From assembly GCA_030390025.1 (NCBI GenBank), contig CM059432.1, forward strand, positions 20,028,001 to 20,092,000: a stretch of DNA of 64,000 nucleotides, read 5' to 3'. Both the position numbers and the translations under genes were made by a program. This document shows, one piece after another, positions 38,090-50,697 of the stretch (positions are counted from its first letter, which is position 1; every line of letters starts with the position of its first letter). Source of the stretch: Squalus acanthias. Taxonomy: Eukaryota. The notes beneath the pieces were generated by a model that saw only the letters and a program-made list of their open reading frames with translations, did no database searches and was not told where the DNA came from.

Positions 38090-38900
38090 CTCATGTAACC
38101 TTAAGTCCCTTTCATAACCAGATATTTTGTCTAGTTACTTTCTGAAGAATTTAATTAATGTAGCATTAGCTACATTTGATGGGACTCTGCTCCATATGTA
38201 CATTATTCTAAGTAGTAAAAAATACTTTGCTTCTAATCTCTAGTCTTGTTTGAGGCATGCCAATTTTGTGCTCATGTCCTCTCATTCTGCAATCACAGTT
38301 TAACTTAAATAACCTGCTTACATCTACATTATCCATGCCTCTCAGCAATTTAAAGATCTGGATCACGTCCCTCTCAATCTTATTTTCTCCAATGAGAACA
38401 AATTTAATTCAGCCAGCCTATCTTCACAACTTAGTGTTTAAAGTCCGGAAATAATCTTTTTCACTCTTCTCTGAACCTTTGCCAATGCGGCAATGTACTT
38501 CTGAAGGCAAAATGCTCACAATTGAACACAGCAATTCAAAGGTGGTCATACCAATTGAGTTATACATTTAAAAAGTTTATAATCAAGCACGTTCCAGATG
38601 CATCCCAATACTTGATTAGCTTTGCTGCAAGGAATATTGTATCAATTGGATATTTTCATGGACTATCACTAGACATTGCTGAATTGTTTACCTTTTTTCA
38701 TTTTGCCAATGGATTTCCACATTACTTTACATTCCTCCACTGTAAATTGAAAATCTTATTAATTTGTCTTTCCATCCATTCATTAATTATCCAGATATCT
38801 TGGGTTGCTATCCTCTTATCTCTCTTGTATTGGTCTTTTAACCACACAGCTTTGCGTCAACAAATTTGGTATTCTCTCCTCCCAATTATTAATGAATAAT
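38090..38900 (-). mobile_element. Old decayed CR1-like fragment
   Basis: Remnants such as tttgcgtcaacaaattt (KF.DD.K), attgaacacagcaattcaaaggtgg (HLEYCVQ-like) and ctcatgtcctct (RGHE). Confidence 0.55.
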
Positions 38901-39671
38901 ATGAACAACATGAAGCCTGGGACAAGAGTTATGGTACTGGACTTGCAACCCAAAGGTCGTGTGATCAAATCTCATTATATCTGTTAGTTTGTGGGACAGC
39001 TCCAGGAAAAATTGACCATGAAAACTGCTGTAAAGTCCAACTGGTTTACTAATCCTCTTCAAGAAACGGAACCTGCTCTCCGTATCGGCCCTGACTCAAG
39101 CCTACATTATGTGGTTGACTCTTAATGTCCTCTAACAAGCCAGTTGTACAAATATTCGCTACTTCAGAGCAACTAGAGATGGGTTATAAATGCTGCCTTG
39201 GCCAGCCTTTTCCATATTCCAAGAACAAATTACAAAAACATTGGGGACCAAAGCCTCCTGATCTGCATTGCTCAGTTCCTGTGTTTTTTATTCAGTCACT
39301 GAGCATTTATTGCCCATCCCTAATTACCCTTGAGAAGGTGGTGGTGAATCGCCTTCTTAAACCGCTGAAGTTTTTCCTAGCGGTTTTGATACAACTGAGT
39401 GGCTTGCTAGGCCATTTCAGGGGGCAGTTAAGAGTCAACCACACTGCTGTGGGTCTGGGTATAGGTCACATATGGGTCAGACCGGGTAAGGGCGGCAGAT
39501 TTCCTTCCCTAAAGGACATTAGTGAACCAGATGGGTTTTTATGACAATCCGATAGTTTTATGGTCACCATTACTGATACTAGCTTTTTATTCCAGATTTA
39601 TTTAATTAACGGCAGCTGTGGGATTTGAACTCATATCTCCGGATCATTAGGCCAGGTCTCTGGATTACTAA

Positions 39672-41081
39672 TACAAAAGCAAAATACTACGGATGCTGGA
39701 AATCTGAAATAACAACAGAAAGTGAGGGAAACACTCAGCAGGTCAGGCAGCATCGAGGAGAGAGAAACAGAGTTAATGTTTCGAGTCGAACCCTTCGTCA
39801 GAACTGGAAAAGGTTAGGGAACAGAAATTTTTAAGCAGGGGCAGGGAGGAGGGGAGGAAAGAACAAAGGGAAGGTCTGTGATAGGATGGAAGGCAGGAGA
39901 GATTAAGAGACAAAAGGGATGATGGTGCAAGGCAAAAGGAGATGGTAATGGGACAAGTTAAGAAACAAAAGATGGCTCTAGGTAGATGAGGTGTGAATGA
40001 TGATGGCAACAACATTAACAGCAACCATGTGAGGAAACAAGAGGAAAAAAATAAAGAAAGAAATACAGGGGCCAATTTATAGTCTGAAATTGTTGAACTC
40101 GATATTAAGTCCAGAAGGCTGTAAAGTGCCTAATAGAAAAATGAGGTGCTGTTCCTCGAGCTTACGTTGAGCTTCATTGGAACAGTGTAAGAGGCCGAGG
40201 ACGGAGAGGTCAGAGTGGGAATGGAGGGGAGAATTAAAGTGACAGGCGACCGGAAGCTCGGGGTCACGCTTGCAGACTGAATGGTGGTGTTCCGCAAAGC
40301 AGCCACCCAATCTGCATTTGGTCTCCCCAATGTAGAGGAGACCGCATCGTGAGCAGCGAATACAGTACACTAAATTGTAAATACAACAAGTAAATCGCTG
40401 TTTCACCTGGAAGGAGTGTTTGGGGCCTTGGACAGTGGGAAGGGAGGAGGTAAAAGGGCTGGTGTTGCATCTCCTGCGCTTGCATGGGAAGGTGCCGGGC
40501 GAAGGGGAAGGGGTGTTGGGGGTGATAGAGGAGTGGATGGGTGTCATGGAGGGAGCGGTCCCTTCGGAATGCTGAAAGGGGGGGAGGGGAAGATGTGTTT
40601 GGTGGTGGGATCACGCTGGAGGTGGCGGAAATGGCGGAGGATGATCTGTTGAATGTGGAGGCTGGTGGGGTGAAAGGTGAGGACAAGGGGAACCCTATCG
40701 TGGTTCTGGGAAGGAGGGGAAGGGGTGAGAGCAGAAGTGTGGGAAAATGGAACGGACACGGTCGAGGGCCATGTCAACCACGGTAGAGGGGAATCCTCCG
40801 TTGAGCAAAAAAGACTAGTATGGAAGGTGGCATCGTCAGATCAAATGCGGCGGAGACGGAAAAACTGGGAGAATGGAATAGAGTCCTTACAGGAGGCGGG
40901 GTGGGAGGAAGTGTAGTCCAGGTAGCTGTGGAGTCAGTGGGCTTCTAGTGGATGTTGGTTGATAGCCTATCCCCAGAAATGGAGACAGAGAAGTCGAGGA
41001 AGGGAAGGGAAGAGTCTGTCTCCATTTCTGGGAATAGGCTATCGACCAACATCCACTGACTCCCACAGCTACCTGGACTAC
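39672..41081 (-). mobile_element. Penelope-like element (RT C-terminus, GIY-YIG, 3' region), 5'-truncated with a short terminal inversion
   Basis: ORF 40077-40547 (NLVYCIRCSRCGLLYIGETK) and 40544-40777 (DRVPLVLTFHP). Hammerhead-like ctgacgaagggttcgactcgaaacattaac at 39801-39772. Inverted segment 41013-41081. Confidence 0.93.
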
Positions 41082-42082
41082 AGAAGATACTGATTCATTG
41101 GTCGGGTATAGTTCCACAGGCGCTGGTCACAAGTGGTGATGTTTGAGCCTAGACATTGAATATTGATAGACTATTCAACTGTCGGACGGGATGGTATCTC
41201 AGCTATATTCAAACAAACAAACTTCGGGGTTACGAGGCACATTGGAAGTGACTGATTTTCCTTTCCCAACTCAGGGACACTGAGGCCAGTCGCAGCACCC
41301 GAGCTGAGATAAGCTAACTCAGTTCAGACTGGGGAATCAAACCTGAGACATTCCTGCTCTATGTGGCTCAATGTCTTGACTAGCTCAGCCATCATTGGAA
41401 ATGTTATTTAAAGATAAATCCCAGTTATTTGCTTATTTTACCATTATTGATAATTAAGACGTTTATATTAAAAAAGAACTGAAAGTTACAACACAAAATT
41501 AAGTCATACAAAATGTACTGTAAGCAACACATCGAATAGCCTTGTGGCACTTTGGTACTTGAGTAAAATCAACAGGGACTGAAAGAAAACGAAGCTGCCA
41601 AAGGTATTAAACAACATTAGATGTTCCTGAAACTGAACTGTGGAACACTGTAGCGAGAGGTCAAAGTACTAAATCCATGATGATTCTAATTAGAGAATAG
41701 GCACTTGAGCTCCCAGTAGCTGTGATTCTCTCCTTGAGGAATGTTAACTTAAGATCTTTCTCAGTTAGCGCACATAGATTAGGCTGCTGACACGTGGCAG
41801 GAACTTGTCACAAGAAATGAATGGAAGGGAATGATTTCATGATCCCACACTCCCAGCAGGGAAGCCGACTCATTGGGAACACAGGTCGTAGCACTATTCT
41901 CTTTCCGATGCTCCCTGCGAATGGGGCTTCCTGCTGGAAGCACAGCACTGGGGAGTCACTCTTACACACTCTGCAGTTGTGGTAACAAGGAGACCAGGGA
42001 CTGCAGAGGGAGAATTGTAATTGAAGACTGCAGCAGTAGGAGTAACAAGAAGAACAGGCAGAAATGGGAGACATATGGGTGC

Positions 42083-43070
42083 TGCAAGGATCAGTGCTTG
42101 GGCCTCGGCTATTTACAATCTATATCAATGATTAGATGAGGGGACCGAGAGTAATGTATCCAAGTTTGCTGATGATACAAAGTTAGGTGGGAAAGTAAGC
42201 TGTAAAGAGGATGCAAGGAAGCTGCAAAGGAATTTAGACAGGTTAAGCGATTGGGCAATGACATGGCAGATGGAATATAATGTGGAGAAGTGTGAAGTTA
42301 TTCACTTTGGTAGGAAAAATAAAAAAGCAGAATATTTTTTAAATGGTGAGAGACTGGGAAATGTTGGTATTCAGAGGGACCTGGGTGTCCTTGTACATGA
42401 ATCACAGAAAGTTAACATGCAGTTACAGCAAGCAATTAGGAAAGCAAATGGTATGTTAGCCTTTATTACAAAGGATTAGTGTATAAGAGTAAAGAAGTCT
42501 TACTACAATTCTATAGGACTTTGGTGAGACCACACCTGGAGTATTGTGTACAGTTTTGGTCTCCTGACCTAAGGAAGTGCAACAAATGTTCACTGGACTG
42601 ATTCCTGGGATGAGAGGATTGTCCTGTGAGGAGAGATTGAGTCGGCTAGGCCTATATTCTCTAGAGTTTAGAAGAATGAGAGCTGATCTCATTGAAACAT
42701 AAAATTCTTAAGGAGCTTGACAGGGTAGATGCAGGGAGGATGTTTCCCTTGACTGGGGAGTCTAGAACTAGGGGGTCAGCATCTCAGAATAAGGGGTCGA
42801 CCATATAGGACTGAAATGAGGAGAAATTTCATCGCCCAAAGGGTTGTGAATCTTTGGAATTCTCTACCCCAGAGAGTTGTGGATGCTCAGTCATTTAGTA
42901 TTTTCAAGACAGAGATTGATAGATTTTTGGATACTAAGGGAATCAAGGGATATGGGGATAGTGCGGGAAGATGGAGTTGAGGTAGAAGATCAGCCATGAT
43001 CTTATTGAATGGCAGAGCAGGCTTGAAAGGCCGAATGGCCTACTCCTGCTTCTATTTCTTATGTTCTTAT
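42083..43070 (+). mobile_element. CR1 LINE 3' portion, decayed
   Basis: SKFADDTK, WQMEYNVEKCEV, 3'UTR and ttcttatgttcttat tail. Confidence 0.92.
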
Positions 43071-43280
43071 ATAGATACTTTTGCTGCTGAGGTAACAGGA
43101 GAGTAGGGCGATTGTAGTAATGAGTAGCATCTGTGGTCAGACTGATTTTTTTCATTAAGAAACCAAGGCAATGGGTCAAGGGCAATAGTCCATTGTGAAG
43201 GGAAAAAAGCAGTTTCATAACTTTGAGGTTCTGGAAAGGATTGAGATAGAGTAGGAGATGGTGCAATGAGTCTTGATTTT

Positions 43281-43662
43281 AACATAAGAACATAAGAAAT
43301 AGGAGCAGGAGTAAGCCATTCGGCCCTTCGAGCTTGCTCCGCCATTCAATGAGATCATGGCTGATCTTCTGCCTCAATTCCATTCACCGGCCTTATCGCC
43401 ATATCCCTTGATGCCTTTACTAGTCAGAAATCTATCGACTTCTGTTTTGAATATACCCAATGACTGAGCCTCCACAGATTCCAAAGATTCACCACCCTCT
43501 GTGTGAAGACATTTCTTCTCATCTCAGTCCTGAATGGCCTACCCTTTATCCTGAGGTTGTGGCCCCTGGTTCTAGACTCCCCAGCCAAGGGAAACATTCT
43601 CCCAGCATCCGCCTTATCAAGTCCTGTAATAATTTTGTATGCTTCAATGAGATCCCCTCTCA
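43281..43662 (-). mobile_element. CR1 3' fragment, tail-to-tail with the previous copy
   Basis: acataagaacataagaa tail and MRGDLIEAYKII..RTEMRRNVFTQRVVNLWN. Confidence 0.9.
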
Positions 43663-44319
43663 TAGTTAAGATGTGGGGTAAAAAGGTCCACTGGCTGGGA
43701 GATAAAACTGCAGCTTGAGAAGCAGTGTACAAGATCATACATTGGGCTTTCTGGCCTTTATAATACTGCTGGAATATTATCTGTGCAATTTTTAAATTAG
43801 GAGCGCCACACCACTCTAAGTGATAATCTGACATTAAAGATCACAAAGATAAGCATAGATAAGGGAGGGCATTCAGCCCATCTTGCTAATCTTTTCATAG
43901 CAACATGCAATTACCCCCATCAGAATTTCCAACTGATTCAAAATGCGTTTTTGCCTCAACTAATTTATATACATGGCAACTGTCAGCATGAAATGGTGAT
44001 GGTCAATGTTTTGATGGTGGCTAACTGGCTCAGCGTTTGCTGATAAATAATTTGTTCCAGGACCCTACCTTTCCCCCACCTTTTCTGCCCCCAGTCCTGC
44101 TCGCACCTAAGCCCTGCAGTTAATGTACCAGGCAGATTCCACTCCTCCTCTCAGCATGCTCCTGGCATTACTGCCTCTCTATAGTGAGATGTCTCACAAA
44201 AACGGAAATTCCCACTTAAAAGTTTACAGAAACAGCAATCTGGGCTATTAGCACTGGAGCAGTGTTGTGAGGAGGAGCAAGACCTGTCTGGTGCATCAGC
44301 CACTGGAGTCAGATAGGAG

Positions 44320-44800
44320 CAGGCAAGGGGAGAAATGGATGGCAAGGGAAGGGGGGGGGGGGGGTGGCAGAATGGCAAAATGAGGGAAAGAGCAAGGGGT
44401 GAATGGATGGCAAAGTGAGGGGGAATGGATGACAAGGACGGAGGATAATAGATGATGATGAGAATGCAAGGGGAGAGGTGCAGAATGGATAGCACAAGGG
44501 AAGGGAGGAGGAAGAATAAATGGTGGAGAGGAAGCAGAATGGATGGCAGTGAAAGAGGAGGGGAAGGGGAGAATGGATGCCAGTAAAAGAATGGGATTTG
44601 TAACATTGAAAGGCAGAGCAGATGGCAGTGAAAGGAGAAAATTGATGGCAATAACGGAGATAGGGAAGGGGGAAGATGAAGCGAAGAGGAAATGGATGAT
44701 GATGAAGAGGAGAGATACACGGATGGTAATAGAGGGAAGGAGAGAATGGATGGTAATGAAGAGGAGAGGGAATGGGCTTGGGGGAGAAGAGGGGAAAAGC
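44320..44800 (+). repeat. Purine-rich degenerate tandem repeat (recurring gaatggatg motif)
   Basis: About ten spaced copies of (a/g)aatggat(g) in a G/A-rich tract, including a G run near 44352. Confidence 0.75.
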
Positions 44801-47384
44801 TGAGAACAGTTCTTCCAGGGAAGAAAAGTGCCAACATTTGTGAAGGAATATGCCATATTTCAGAAAAATACACCATCCTATAAAAGAATTCTGACTTTAT
44901 TAAACATGACAAACTAGGTTTGAAAATCTGGAAGCCTCAACAAGGAAAAGCTGTAAACAGAATATAGGCTTTCGAGATAAGATAAGTTGTTGACACTGAA
45001 ACAATAGCCTCATTGAAGCAGAGGGTCAGAGCTTCCAGAAAGTCTGAAGTTTTGGAAAGAGCACAATAGCCATACCCTGTTTAGGTGACATAAACCAACA
45101 CTTTGAAATGAATCACATAAATTAAAGAAACATATGCCTTTGTAAATATGACATCAAATGAAACAGGAGACACAAGTCTGTGGTCCAACCAGTTGAGGTG
45201 GCTAGGGGGACAATGGTGTACCCAGTTGAAGTGTTTTTAATTTACATGTTGTAAAAAGATACAAACAGAAGACTTTCATAAATATGACATCAATAGATGC
45301 AACAGCCATCACATTGTTTTTGTGTTGAACTTGGAACACCTAGGAGACACAAAGTCTGTAATACAACCAGCTAAGGTGACTTAAGAATTGAACAGGAGAC
45401 TTTGATAAGAATTACATCAAATAGATACATCTGCTCCATATTGTTTTTATGATAAGCTTCAAACACCTACACAGCAGACATAATTCTGAATGCTACAAGC
45501 TGAACTAATTGTAATAGAAGGGGTCAACAGAAAAATGACTAGAGATAATGAGCTTACATCAGCAGAAAATTTCAAAGGATATACCACTGAGAAAGAGTAT
45601 AAAGATTGGATTTTCAAATAGGAAGACAGAATTCGCTGGAAGGGGCAAAGCGGTTCTCAGACTTCAGAGGCAAGCTCTGTAAGTTTTCAACTCTTTAAGA
45701 CTCGGGTATCAAAGGTATTTGATTTTGGTGGATATTCTGGAATAGACTAAGAAATGTAAAAATGTAACGAAGTTAAGATTTGAGAATAAGGATCTCTGAT
45801 GATAAGAATTGTAAGCTTTTTGTTTTTGGAATTGTTAAAGTTGCGATTGAATCACCAGCTGTAAACTACATGTCGGTTCTTTAATAAATCTATATTTTTT
45901 TTAGCATTGTCTCACATAGTACTTCTGTATCAAACTCGCGAACTCGATCTCTGTACACTCTGTGGTGAGGAGTTGCAAAATTCTGGAAGAGTTTTCCGGA
46001 CCCTCATAATATCCGGAAGGTTACAGTCTAGCTAAACTTATTAAAAGTGCTATCTGGAGGACGGTAACATCTTCAGGCTGTTCCTTTCCCTTAGGGAGAG
46101 ATAGTCTGGACCTTTAGACCCAATTAAGTGTCTTTAGGATCCGGCTACCTCTAACTTTAGTTGAAGGTGAACGTCTGGGGAATACGCCTGATCCGGGGTA
46201 GCCCGAAAAGGGCTAGGACTAGTAATAATCCTTTCACATTAACAGAAAGTGTAGAGAGAGAGAGTGAGAGTGCCAGCACGAACTGAGGGGTGGGTGGAGG
46301 GAAAGAGTTTCATGAACTCTGTGAGGAAGGAAAGAGTACCACCTTGAAAGGGGTGCAGTGGAAGAAGAGCATCATCATAAAAGAGTTGTAGGGGGAGAAG
46401 AGTTAATGTTTGAACTGATGGAGAGGTGATCAGAACTGAATTCAGTTATCTAAAGGTGTAAAGATATGGCTGTTCATTCTTAATGAGTCTGCTGCTCGGA
46501 GACAGTCTCACCATTTCAACCAGTTTGGTGCCAGTCTAAATGTTTCTTGTCACATCTTTGGTCGCAGACTGTAATTTTATAAACAGATTCGATCACACGG
46601 CATGGTACAATTACAATTAACCACTGCAGTTGAGGTTGCATCCTCTGCAATGGAGAAAAAACATGCCTAAAGGTAGGTGGGGTTCAGGAAGAGGATGTCA
46701 GGCCCTACCTCAGCATAGAGAGTAACATTTTGCATACACTTAAAAAATACTTTTCTAGTGGTTTTTAAACACACAAATACTGCACGAATATCCATCATTA
46801 AAAGCAAAAGTGAATATTGAACAGTAAACTGAAACACGTTCAAACTGCAAAACATTAATAATTAAGACCTTTATATTAAAAAACTGAAAGTTACAACGAA
46901 AAATAGGTTGATCAATTTTATTTTGTAATTGTATTTCACAGTCATCTGATTCTTCGGATGAAATGTTTAACCAAGATCCAATCTGCTTGTTTACATGGAC
47001 ATTACAAATCCCATGGCATTATTTGAAAAAGTGCCGAGAGAGTTCTCAGTGTCCTGGACAACACTGCTCCCTCAACCAATACCACCCGAAAAAAAATAAA
47101 TTCACTGGGAATTTCTCTCATTGATAGCACAGAGTGTTGGTTTGCTTTGTGAACCAACAATCACAACACTCATAAAGTAATTCATTGGCCCCGATATTGG
47201 CTCGGAGGCGGGCAGGGAGCATTGCTTCGAGGTCAGAAAACCTGGAAGAGCGTGTTTCCCTCAAGTCCTGCCGAATTTAACTGCAGGACCTGATTAACAT
47301 TTTTTGTCTTTGTTTCCCGGCCACAGCCAGCCAGATTGAGAGGCTGCTGGCTGGCGGGTGGGTAGGCCTTCAGTACAAGGCCAC

Positions 47385-50312
47385 AGCTCGTAGCCAGGTC
47401 AATAAAATGTAAGATGAAAACATTTCCGTCTTTGTCCCATACCTTTAGATCCATGGCAACTACCTTGTTAAAGTCACGTGCCAATGGAAGACTTACAATA
47501 GAACGTGGGGGCGTCCATCCATACTTCTTACAGATTTCACAGTTCTTACTTATCTCTTCTATGAGCCTTGTATACTCATCAACTACACCTGCATCTTTTA
47601 GCAGGATTTTTAAACGTTGACAAATTGGTGAGCAAATTGGTGGGCAAATTGTCTATGTAACTTTAAGACAATTTGTTTTTTTTCTCTCTTATCCTTATTG
47701 CCGTTAATATTTGCCTAACCCTCTGATGAGAAACATCATGTTTTGTTAAGGGGATACACTAACTGGGTAAACTGCAGATCAATCAATTTCCCAAAAATAA
47801 TTGCGGATGCACTAAGTATGATTTTTCAGAATTCATTAGACTCGGGAACAGTGCCCATGGATTGGAGGGTAGCTAACGTTACCCCACTATTCAAAAAGGG
47901 GAGTAGGGAAAAAGCAGGTAATTACAGACCTGTAAGCCTTACATCAGTTGTGGGCAAAATGCTGGAGTCCATCATTAAGGATGAAATAGCGGAGCACTTA
48001 GCAAATGGGGACAGGATAGGACAGAGTCAACATGGATTTACAAAGGGTAAATCGTGCTTGACTAATCTATTGGAATTTTTTGAGGGAGTAACTGGTAAAA
48101 TAGATGGGGGAGAGCCAGTAGATGTGGTGTACCTGGACTTCCAAAAGGCCTTCGATAAGGTCCCACATAAAAGATTAGCAGGGAAAATTGAAGCTCATGG
48201 GATAAAGGGGAAAGTATTGACGTGGATAGAGAACTGGCTGTCAGATAGAAAACAGAGAGTTGGAATAAACGGCTCATTTTCTGAATGGCAGGCAGTAACA
48301 AGTGGGGTACCACAGGGATCTGTCCTGGGTCCCCAGCTGTTCACAATTTACATTAATGACCTGGATCAGGGAGTCGGATGCAGCATTTCCAAATTTGCAG
48401 ACGACACTAAACTAGGAGGGGGGGTGGGCTCAGAGGAGGAGACCAGGAAGCTCCAGAGCGATTTGGACAGACTGGGTGATTGGGCGGATAAATGGCAGAT
48501 GCACTATAATGTGGACAAGTGCGAAGTTATCCACCTTGGGTGCAGGAACGGGAGGGCAAATTATTATTTAAATGGCAATAAATTGGGAGAGGGGGAAGTA
48601 CAGAGAGACCTGGGTGTTCTTGTACACCAGTCACTGAAGGCGAGCATGCAGGTGCAACAGGCGATCAAGAAGGCAAACGGTATGCTGGCCTTCATAGCAA
48701 AAGGGTTGGAATACAGGAACAGGGATACCTTGCTGCAGCTGTACAGGGCACTGGTGAGACCACACCTCGAGTACTGTGTACAGTTTTGGTCGCCTCATCT
48801 GAGGAAAGATGTTCTTGCCATGGAGGGGGTGCAGCGGCGATTCACCAGGCTGATACCAGGAATGGCGGGATTGACCTATGAGGAGAGACTATGTAGTTTA
48901 GGGATGTACACACTGGAGTTTAGAAGATTGAGAGGGGACCTCATAGAAGTGTATAAAATTCTGACAGGTCTAGACAGACTAGATGCAGAAGGGATGTTTC
49001 CCTTGGCGGGTGAGAACAGAACTAGAGGACATAATTTAAGGATAAGGGCTAAACCATTTAGGACAGAAATGAGGGGGAATTTCTTCACTCAGAGGGTGGT
49101 GAACCTGTGGAACTCATTGCCACAGAGGGCAGTGTACGCCAGCTCATTAAATATATTTAAGAGGGAATTAGATATATTTCTACAGGCAAAAGGGGTTAAG
49201 GGTTACGGAGAGAAGGCGGGGACGGGATACTGAATTGGAGGATCAGCCATGATCTCATTAAATGGCGGAGCAGGCTCGAAGGGCCGGATGGCCTACTCCT
49301 GCTCCTATCTTCTATGTATCTATGTATCTATGTATGTATCATGTTCCATGTCAGGTTTCATTTGTGCATTTTTCGCAGAAGTTTCTCTCAAAAGCATAGG
49401 TATCTCACTGGAGACTACATCCGAACTTGTAAAATGGCTTATTCCAGCTATTTTACATGGATTACCACTCTCTTGAGTGACCGAAAGCTGTTTTCATCAC
49501 CAAACCTAAAGCATATAGTACTTTTATATTCCTTAACTTTGCGTCAATCATCACTACTTAGTGAATCAAGATAGCATTTTAACCAATCTACCACGCATAC
49601 AGTTGAAGTACATGCGCTAATACCGCACAATTAAAGGAGTCTGCAGCTAATACATTCATCACAGGATTAAAACTCCTTGTGACCAGTTTAATCTGTTCAT
49701 ATTTATCATTATCTTCATCTTCTTCCTCAGAACTACTTTCTTCACGTGTCACTTCAAAGACCCTGCGTCTTCGCTCTGGGCAATTCGCCGCATAATGATA
49801 CTTAGAGTCACATCTAAAGCATCTATTGACTTTTCCTTGGGCATTCCTGGAATTCATTCACCCATTATTACTTTCCCAATTTCGTCTTCTGTTGATATAA
49901 CCGGATTTGCTGTACGTGCTTTCCTCACCATTCTGTCTGACTTTAATCCTTCCCTTACAGTGACACCTGCATCCGGTATCTGGGATATTTCGAAACCTGG
50001 TAACCATCTATTCTTTATGTCACAGCAGAATGCCTCATTTGTTCCGTTAAGGCTGAAGGGAATGACTCTTTCCCCAGGAATTTTTTTGAGGCAGCAGACA
50101 CCTGATCCAACAGAGTCTCCTTTTCCAAGAAATGGACGCCAGTTAGAACTAGTTGTCCATCCATAGGAGACACCTTAGCACAATCTAGTAATTTAAATGT
50201 TAGTATCGATCCAGGATTCCCAAACTGAACTTTGTCAACTTTTTGTACAATTTGTTAATGTCCATGATGTACTCTTCCATTGAATGACCATGTGTTTTCT
50301 AAAAGCTATCAA
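47385..50312 (-). mobile_element. Ty1/copia-order LTR retrotransposon internal fragment (gag-CCHC-protease-integrase N-part), decayed, interrupted by CR1
   Basis: gag SMEEYIMDINKLYKKL..FKLLDCAKV; zinc knuckle CFRCDSKYHYAANCP; protease region NCAVL/ACTSTVC..FRFGD; integrase LHRQFAH..CEICKKY..VVAMDLKVWD..ILHFIDLAT directly after protease with no RT between. Confidence 0.75.
47793..49337 (+). mobile_element. Young 5'-truncated CR1 with uninterrupted RT ORF (to 49233)
   Basis: About 480 open codons of CR1 RT, 3'UTR and (tctatgta)n tail. Confidence 0.97.
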
Positions 50313-50315
50313 ATA

Positions 50316-50697
50316 AAATCATAGAATAATAGAATGGTTACAGCACGGAAGGCAGCCATTCGGCCCATCGAACCCGTGCCGGCTCTCTGCAAGAGCACTT
50401 CAGCTAGTCCCAAACCCCCGCCCTTTCCCCGTAGCCCTGCAAATTTCTTTCTTTCAGATACTTAGCCAACTCCCTTTTGAAAGCCGTGATTGAATCTGCC
50501 TCCACCACCCTTTCAGGCAGTGCATTCCAGATCTTAACCACTCGCTGAGTAAAAAAGTTTTTTCTTACGTCACCTTTGGTTCTTTTGCCAATCACCTTAA
50601 ATTTGCATCCTCTGGTTCTCGACCCCTCTGCCAATGGGAACAGTTTCCTTCTATCTACTCTGTCCAGACCCCTCATGATTTTGAACACCTCTATCAA
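50316..50697 (-). mobile_element. CR1 3' fragment
   Basis: LIEVFKIMRGLDRVD..FFTQRVVKIWNALP..GYGERAGVWD and tail atcatagaa. Confidence 0.9.

Noticed and set aside
44151..44912. 253-aa and 186-aa S/P/L-rich ORFs
   Set aside because: Low-complexity pyrimidine strand that lacks stop codons by composition.
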